Assembly: GCA_054600435.1 (NCBI GenBank) | Contig: BAAIJX010000046.1 | Coordinates: forward strand, 1 to 64,000 | DNA from: Neophaeotheca triangularis | Taxonomy: Eukaryota | DNA length: 64,000 nt | Direction: 5' to 3' | Part shown: one piece after another, positions 57,101 to 64,000 of the stretch | Numbering within the stretch: position 1 is the first letter of the stretch | Layout: each line of letters starts with the position of its first letter | Notes under the pieces: generated by a model | What the model was told of the DNA's origin: nothing | The model's input: the letters and a program-made list of their open reading frames with translations, nothing else | Databases searched by the model: none | Program-made: the position numbers and the translations under genes

Positions 57101-59209
57101 AACGCCTCTGCCGATGGGTGATACATGGCATATCGACTTTGCTTCTCAACGATCGGCCGCTGTGCGTAGAGTGTCAGAATTTCCAGGGCGGCTCCAAAGG
57201 CGTTCAACAGGACAGCAAAAAAGAGAACAGCACCGCGTTGGAAGAAAGAGTCGGTGGTCTCGGCCATGTTGTAGAAGACGGAACCAAGAATAAGAGCCAT
57301 GATGAAATTGCCGAAAAGCTGAGTAAAGGTCAGACTTGGGTCACCAGCCAGACGGCGGAAACCACGCCAAAGGCATAGGCCGACTTGCTGGCCGTAGTTG
57401 AGTGTGTAAGGCGACTTGATGCGTTGACCCTTGGACTGCTGAGCCTGGCGCGACTCGACAAACTTCTGGTAGTTCTCGCCTTGGAATGGGTAGTCCTGTT
57501 CGTATTGCTCGATCTCCTTCATCAACTGTTTACGCTCCTGGCTTTCCTTCCAGGCTTTGGCGAACTCATCTGGGGTACGTGGGACTCTGTTCTCCCAGCC
57601 TTCTTTGACGATGCGTTCTTGCGGTGAAGTCATGCTAGTCAAGAAATCAGCATCCGTCTGCCTGGAGGGACAGTCGAATCCCATGTTCATGAAGTACGCC
57701 TTGGCCGATTTGGTGCTGCCGAAGTAAATTTGGCGACCCTGCGTGGGATTAGCGTTTGATCTTCCAACCGACAACTCATAGCGTACGTACCTCGTAGAGC
57801 ACAATGGCCTTGTCGAAGAAATCGTAAGCAGCCTGGGGTGCTTGGTAGATGGCCACGCATGCCGTTGCTCCCAGCAAATCAGTGCTGTTTCGAAGCGTTT
57901 TGCAGAACTCGATAGCGTTTGCACTGTCGAGACCACGCGTGCTGTTGTCCCACGCTTGTAGTGGTGCACCCCCTAAAGCGGCTTCAGCGATAGACACACG
58001 CTTGCGTTCGCCTGGGGAAAGGAAGTCAGCAAAATCACACCGTCGGGCAGCGAGCAAGGCTCAGCTCACCTCCAGATACTCCACGGACCTAGGCGAGAGT
58101 CAGCAAAATTCTCGTCAAACAGCGACCAAGGCACAACGTACGAAATCGTTCCCGACTCTAGTGTTCACGGTATGGCCGATGCCGAAAGTAGCCATAATCA
58201 CATCACGCATGTGTTCCGCCCAGACCTTCCTCTTCACACCTCCCGGTACATGCTTTGGGCAACGAGCCTGAGCAGCGAAAGTGAGAGTGTCGCCCACTGA
58301 CAACATTGGGAAATGCACATCAACTTCAGCAGTGTAAATGGCCTCGCCTTTGAAGTACTTGTGCATTTTGTCCGCTGGGATACCCTGGTAGTTGATCCAA
58401 GAGTCTTCCTCGACGTTAAAACCGTGGGTTTCTCCGGTAATGGTTTTTAGGAAAGTGGAGCAACCTGATCCCGGCGGTCCAAGGACCACCAACATCTCTC
58501 CGTTGTTCACCAAGCCTTCAAAGTCTTGAAGAATGTCGATGCGGCGCGGTTTCGCCATGCCGAGGGCCTTCTTCGCCATACCAACAACCTCGAGCCAGAC
58601 GTTGGCAACATCCTTCTGGTAATCCGTCGCGGCACCATATCCGTGAGCGCTGAGATTACGGAAGGCGATACCGGCAGTGCGCCCTGGTGTTTTGTTTTCG
58701 GATTCGTTGAGTTTGATGAGCGACTTGACCCAGTCTCTCGCGCGGAAGTTGGCGCTGTTGGGGTCTAGGGTGGAGTCTTCCTCGGCGTTCAAAGGGTTCT
58801 GAGGCACCGTCGACCAGTTGCTCTGCTGGGTGAGTGTTCGGGCGAGCTTGTTGATGTGGCCATCGGCTTCGGCTTTTCGAAGTTCCTCATCAGATTGAGA
58901 GGTGTTGTTTGGAGATTCTTGCTGTTCAAGGCCGGCCTTCTCAGATTCGCCAGTCAAGGAGGGCACGGCGGTCTGATCGTCGCTCCTGGGCGGCGTGGAG
59001 GGCCGGTGCGATGTGGAAGTGGCGGATTGCCGCCTGCCGGTCAAGGTCCTCACCAGGCTCTGTCGACGATCCGACGCATGTTCAGCGCGTACTGGGTCCT
59101 GATCCGTGTAGCTCGAGCGACCAACAAAGGCCGTACCGCCAGCTTGGGCGCCTCTCTCCTCTGCACTTTTGTCGTAGTTGCCAAAGCCAAAGTTCCCCAC
59201 CAGAGACAT
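54147..59209 (-). CDS. Full-size PDR-type ABCG multidrug transporter, ~8 exons
   Basis: NBD1: [34 protein letters not shown]2: [33 protein letters not shown]. Two TMDs and about 7 GT-AG introns. Confidence 0.96.
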
Positions 59210-59624
59210 GTTGCCCCACCAAGCCTATTGGAAGGCGAGCAAGTATATATGTCGGGTATGTACCTTGGTCTCGGTGGAAACCCGGGCCCCTGACGAATCT
59301 GCTGCTATTGTCGAAGTTGAGAGATGTTTCAAACAAGGCAACTCTGAGGTACTGCGGAAGAACAGAAGGAATAGAAGAAAAACAAGGGAGAAGGAGCGAG
59401 TGTTTTGATGGGGTGCAGTGAACGGAGGACGATGAAGTGTGGTTTCCGAAGAGAAGCGAATAATAATATGCATGAATTGATGGAACAGTAGCTAGCCGGC
59501 CGACACGGGCACCACGGGGTCGGACAAGACTAAGAGACGAGATCAAAGGTAGATACAAGTAGGGAGTGTGATTATTGTACAAGTGCAAGCGAGTTCTGAG
59601 TGCGCCATTCGCCAGTTGTGGCGC

Positions 59625-59642
59625 CGGAAGCCTTTCTTTCCG
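59625..59642. promoter_or_regulatory. CGG-N12-CCG Zn2Cys6 site (AtrR-response-element-like)
   Basis: CGG aagcctttcttt CCG, ~415 bp upstream of the ABC transporter ATG. Confidence 0.45.
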
Positions 59643-59751
59643 GTTGCGCCCAGACTTGACATGTGCATAATAATAACAACCTAAGTAAAAAGTACACGCA
59701 CGGTGATAATCCTTCTTGAAGTGCGGGAACGGCCCACACGTGGCCGGCCTG

Positions 59752-59803
59752 GACAAGAACAACGACAACGACGACGACGACAGCAACAACAACAACAACA
59801 ACA
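59752..59803. repeat. Imperfect (AAC/GAC)n trinucleotide repeat
   Basis: aacaacgacaacgacgacgacgacagcaacaacaacaacaac. Confidence 0.85.
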
Positions 59804-60165
59804 TCCTCGCTCAACGCCCGCAATCGGATCAACTGGCTTATTATTCTCCGACCACCAGTGCACCACTCATGACCATGCCGCCTCATCTCCTTCGGGCACA
59901 AGTTATACAAACGTCCCGGAATTAAAAATAACAAATCCGGTCTCATCATCCATTCGAAAAGTGTCGGGTGCATTAAACGGCGACGGGAGTGACTTTCCAT
60001 CCCTTATGCGCCCGAACGGAGGCACCAGAGCATTATGACTCCGCTTCCGGTCAACAGTACTATGTAATGCGCACCGCTTGACCGCGCGAGGCTGGCTGCT
60101 GAAAGGCCCGGTAACGTTTAGCTCCGATGGCATATCGAAACGAGTACTTTGCACGATACGATACG

Positions 60166-60217
<52 letters not shown>
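60166..60217. repeat. (AAT)n microsatellite, ~17 units
   Basis: Perfect ATA/AAT run. Confidence 0.95.
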
Positions 60218-60220
<3 letters not shown>

Positions 60221-61012
60221 TGCGATTCCTGCCAATACTTGGCTTGCATACTGCTCATCGCAAAGCGTCACCATCGTACCGTCCACGGTACTTCGCCTGC
60301 GATCGGACGACTTTCTTAGCTGCTGATGAGAAGCGTATCGTACGAGGTGCATATCGTCTTTGTCAAAGATCGCGAAGCTGGGGGTCATGCTTGTGAAGCC
60401 AAGGTGGTGTTGGATGCAGGTGCTTGCTATCGTACGTGACTGAGTCGATATTGATCGCTTTCTACACGTGACGAGAAGAGTCTCGCATTTATAAAACAGA
60501 CAAATGATGCACATGGCGTTGAGACGGACGTTTGGTGGCAGAGATTGTCTCAATTGCATCAAGTCGTAGCCAATGCCACCGCTTACTAGATATGTATTTT
60601 CCATAGAAAAACACACGCAAAGGGAAAAAGCAAAAGGGGCACCACGCAGCCCCGGACACAGAATAGCCAGCCTAGTCTGGCTAAGAACCCATCTATTGTA
60701 TTTCCAACGCCTACGCTCAAACAGATGTATCTTTTCTCCCCACAGTCTCCCTTTGGTGGTGGTAAAGTTACAGAAAGCCCCGAAGAAAAAAGAACCCCCA
60801 GTAACGTCTGCAGCAGCCCACCCGGGGCCGACGAAAGTGGAGTTCGTTCCTCCTCCTCTTCCAGCAGTAATATCGACAAGTAAAAGCACGATGGAGTGGG
60901 GTATCAGGTTCAGTCTTGTGGGCGAGTCGGAGATGCCAGTGTGTGTATGTGGCCCATCGTTGATCGTCAAAATTCGTAGCATGATGTGTACTTCCTCCTC
61001 CACCTCCCGTTC

Positions 61013-64000
61013 TCACTCAGCTGGCACGTCCAGACTTTCGTGTCGCTCATCCGCGCTATCTCTTGTGCGCACTTTCTTCATAGTGTTGCTGCTTCCACTC
61101 CGCGAAGCTTTCTTGCCCCTGATTGACTCGGGTCCCGCGCTGCTCTTTTCCCTGATTGGCAGGCCTTGTGCTTCGACCGCCGCGGCTTGCTTGGGGGCCG
61201 ACCGCCGTCGTGTCATGACGAGCCCGCCGTCACTATCGGAAGAAGAGTCATAGTCGTTGTCGTCGCTGCTCTCAACAAGCTGCTGGTGTTGGCTTTGCTG
61301 TACCAAGTCGGGACTGTGCAGCTCGTCGTACGTCTGACTTTCTTCCCCAACCTTGTGCAGTGCAGTGTTGCTTCGGTTCGGCTCGTTTTCCAAAGTGTCG
61401 TCGGAAGAAAACTTGCCGTCTTTGCCCGCCAGAGATTGAGCCATCGTCAAACCATCTGCCGAGTCTACGCTACTGGCCTCGGAGATGACGGACGGAATGG
61501 AAGGATTCGAAATGCTCATGGAGACAGCGCTGCCGAAATCCGAGGAGCTGGAAACCATGGACGGCGGCAGTTGACCAACTTGTCCGGTAGGGCTCGCTCC
61601 CTGTGAGTGCGCCGAGTTACCGCTGTCGATGCCTGGCGAAGAGTTCTTGCGCTCTGGCTCTGTCTCGTTCCGAAAGTGCTGATCGTCCGGACTAGGTGGG
61701 CAAGTACGGTCCTCAGCTCCGCTTGTGGGCCGAGAGAGGCTGAGTTCAGCCTGCTCATGCGCTTGTTGCCTCTCCAAGGCAAGCTTTCGGATGTGTTCGC
61801 TCTCGGCACGTTTCCAGCCATCGTCAGTGGTAGAGGCAGGTGTCATGCGCAAATGATGGGGAGTGCGGCCTGGGCTGCGTGGCTCTGAGGTCTGCGCGCG
61901 GGATAGAGATGCCAAAGAGCTATTGGAGCTTGCGCGTGAGAAGGGACCTCCGGTAGCGGTGGGCCGCAGATGCTCAGGCGAGTTCGTTACAGAAGGATTG
62001 CGAGAAGTGGCTGGGCTAGTGCGAGCGCTCGAGCCCGGTGTGATGTCCGCGAGAGCAGATGGCGGGTTCACCGACCCGGCGGCACTGGCTTGGCTGATCG
62101 CGACGGACGGGCCGGCGTGATTGTCAGGTGACTCGTTGGATCCTCTCTCGGCAGAACGACCACGGTGATCGAAGGCTCTACCGACAACACTGCGTTCGCG
62201 CACCGTCTTAAGTATGCGTCGACCGGCGCCGCCAAGGAGACCCCCGAGGGCACTGCCGCCTGGGGACTCAAGAGCCATCGGCGTCCCAGGTAGCCCCGGC
62301 GATGGTGGAGGAGATTCTTGAATGGATCCTCGTTTATAGTCCGATTGCTTTACAGTCCTGACGGAAGCCGCGGTAGACATGATGGACTGCGCGCGGTCAG
62401 GCATGTTAGGCCGCGGAGGTGTCGGATGCGCTGTCATGCTGTTCGGAGTTCCACTTCGAGAATGTTGACTAGTGTTTTCAAAGTAAGCCTCTGGCTGATC
62501 AAGTTCGGGGCTAGCGGTCACGCTTTGAGAGAGCGGATGTTCGCCCTCTCTGGCCGCTTTCAAAGCAGTGTATATGCTTTCGTCACCTCTCAAGCTCTGA
62601 CGACGGGCATCTTGGCTAATGGTACTGCTAGACGAGGCGGCAGAAGTCGGAGGAGAGTTAGGATTCGATAAGCCAGCGTTTGACTGGGTTCTTCCTCGAG
62701 TACTTCTACCGGTACCGAGATTGATGAGTCGCTCGCCGAATCGCTTAACACCAGATCTGACGCGGTCAAGCACAGTCAGTGGCACAACGGCCTGATTGAG
62801 ATCTTCGTTCGAGACTTCAATCTTACGATGATTGGTTTGGCGCGCGGGGTCAGTTTCTTCCAACCATTTGATCCGGTTGGGAAGGTCGGCAACTACCCAT
62901 GGGTGATGCCTCACTTCCTCGAGCGTAATGCGTTTCTTGGGGTCTTTGATTAGGAGCCTTCGGAGAAGGTCAAGTAACTCATCGCTAAGGTCCTCATACG
63001 TGAGATCCAGCGGATCCCTGAAGATCCCGGGTCGGGGAAGATGTGCGCGTCCTTGCGATGCCGTTCTGGAATTGGCTGTTCCGACGACGGCTGTCGGTTG
63101 AAGCCTCTTGGTAGGGATGTAGATGTCCTCGTCGCAAATCTGCCGCATCATTACGTACTCATTATCAACGAACGGGGTCCTGGCAAAGAGCATGCAGTAG
63201 AGGGTTATCCCAAGTGCCCAAACATCAATGGCCTTTGATATTTCGGGAGCCTCTTTTTCGGCGTCGGTGATGCAAAGCTCAGGTGCATAGAAGGCGGCAG
63301 TACCAACGGTCTTTGCAAGCTCTTTGGCCTCGTTGTCGAGGTCTTTCGCGTCGTTCTCGGGCGTCCCTTCGCTATAATCATCGTGGCGAAGATTTTTGCC
63401 AAGGTACGAGACCCCAAAGTCAGAGATCTTCACACGATGGTCGTACGTTTCGAGAAGGTTGGGTGGCTTGATGTCCCTGTGGATAATTCCTTGTGCGTGT
63501 AAGTATTGTAGACCGAGCAATGTATCTCTGAATGCAATGCGAATACTTTGCACGGTCATGCAAGGCACGTACTCGAGCTCCGGGTTCAGATCGCTGTCGA
63601 AGATCTCGGCGACGGTGGAAGCCAGACTATCGCCGCTGCTTTGCTTGGTCTGACGAGGCGACATCGAGCGTTCGCTGGTGGCAAGGCTGGGAACCTCAGA
63701 CTGGTTGCCCGAACTAGAGCTGAAATCATAGGCTCCCCACATGGTACCCTCTAGTGCCGTTCCAAACAGTTCCGCGTGGGTTTTTGACATGACGGTCGGC
63801 GAGGCCGTTTCAGGCTCAGATGTCAAAGGCAGGAACTTTTCCGTTTCGGGGGACGGTACTTCACCCAGAGGCGGCAATGGGACCGGTGCTCTTGACAACC
63901 TGCGTGCTTCCCTAAGAGCAATATCGGCAGGCCCGTGAATCGACTCTACAGTCCCACTCGAAGTCCGCGACATCATGTCGTCCTCTGAAAGCTCGTCCTC
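61013..64000 (-). CDS. CaMKK-like Snf1-activating Ser/Thr kinase (Sak1/Ssp1-like); 5' part lies beyond the window
   Basis: HRDIKPPNLL, KISDFGVSY, ELAKTVGTAAFYAPELC and DVWALGITLY. The frame stays open to the window end; the kinase N-lobe is not in the window. Confidence 0.88.
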   Translation of the reverse strand, partial: EDELSEDDMMSRTSSGTVESIHGPADIALREARRLSRAPVPLPPLGEVPSPETEKFLPLTSEPETASPTVMSKTHAELFGTALEGTMWGAYDFSSSSGNQSEVPSLATSERSMSPRQTKQSSGDSLASTVAEIFDSDLNPELEYVPCMTVQSIRIAFRDTLLGLQYLHAQGIIHRDIKPPNLLETYDHRVKISDFGVSYLGKNLRHDDYSEGTPENDAKDLDNEAKELAKTVGTAAFYAPELCITDAEKEAPEISKAIDVWALGITLYCMLFARTPFVDNEYVMMRQICDEDIYIPTKRLQPTAVVGTANSRTASQGRAHLPRPGIFRDPLDLTYEDLSDELLDLLRRLLIKDPKKRITLEEVRHHPWVVADLPNRIKWLEETDPARQTNHRKIEVSNEDLNQAVVPLTVLDRVRSGVKRFGERLINLGTGRSTRGRTQSNAGLSNPNSPPTSAASSSSTISQDARRQSLRGDESIYTALKAAREGEHPLSQSVTASPELDQPEAYFENTSQHSRSGTPNSMTAHPTPPRPNMPDRAQSIMSTAASVRTVKQSDYKRGSIQESPPPSPGLPGTPMALESPGGSALGGLLGGAGRRILKTVRERSVVGRAFDHRGRSAERGSNESPDNHAGPSVAISQASAAGSVNPPSALADITPGSSARTSPATSRNPSVTNSPEHLRPTATGGPFSRASSNSSLASLSRAQTSEPRSPGRTPHHLRMTPASTTDDGWKRAESEHIRKLALERQQAHEQAELSLSRPTSGAEDRTCPPSPDDQHFRNETEPERKNSSPGIDSGNSAHSQGASPTGQVGQLPPSMVSSSSDFGSAVSMSISNPSIPSVISEASSVDSADGLTMAQSLAGKDGKFSSDDTLENEPNRSNTALHKVGEESQTYDELHSPDLVQQSQHQQLVESSDDNDYDSSSDSDGGLVMTRRRSAPKQAAAVEAQGLPIREKSSAGPESIRGKKASRSGSSNTMKKVRTRDSADERHESLDVPAE

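Noticed and set aside
59082..61253. ORFs of 226-366 aa between the ABC transporter and the kinase
   Set aside because: Kept open by trinucleotide repeats or antisense overlap; composition is not protein-like.
1..64000. tRNA, rRNA, CRISPR, transposon or RIP-degraded repeat
   Set aside because: No cloverleaf, spaced repeat array, transposase/RT motif or AT-rich RIP block recognised by eye.

Overview
Gene-dense eukaryotic DNA with short GT-AG introns and CTRAC branch points. It comes from a filamentous ascomycete, probably a Dothideomycete (inferred from protein style and gene content). About 23 protein-coding genes are present: a PTH11-like receptor/MFS fusion, STS1/Cut8, an EamA transporter, SWC4, ECL1, cytochrome b2, TatD, two tandem DUF7918-like paralogs, GPI10, KEX1, RAD52, LTO1, GLE2, AHC1, an Alba-like protein, ARD1, an unknown gene, an MHYT sensor protein, a DHA2 MFS transporter, MED18, KGD4, a PDR ABC transporter and a partial SAK1/Ssp1 kinase. 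Three non-coding elements are invisible in the ORF track: an RNase MRP RNA gene (~33782-34313, enlarged), an snR71-like C/D snoRNA inside a GPI10 intron, and an unidentified ~0.85 kb heavily base-paired minus-strand RNA candidate between ECL1 and CYB2. The last shares a P3-like hairpin with the MRP RNA and has a loosely telomerase-like layout but no canonical template. No tRNA, rRNA, transposon or CRISPR array was recognised. All gene models and RNA pairings were read by eye, and family names come from motif recall rather than database searches.
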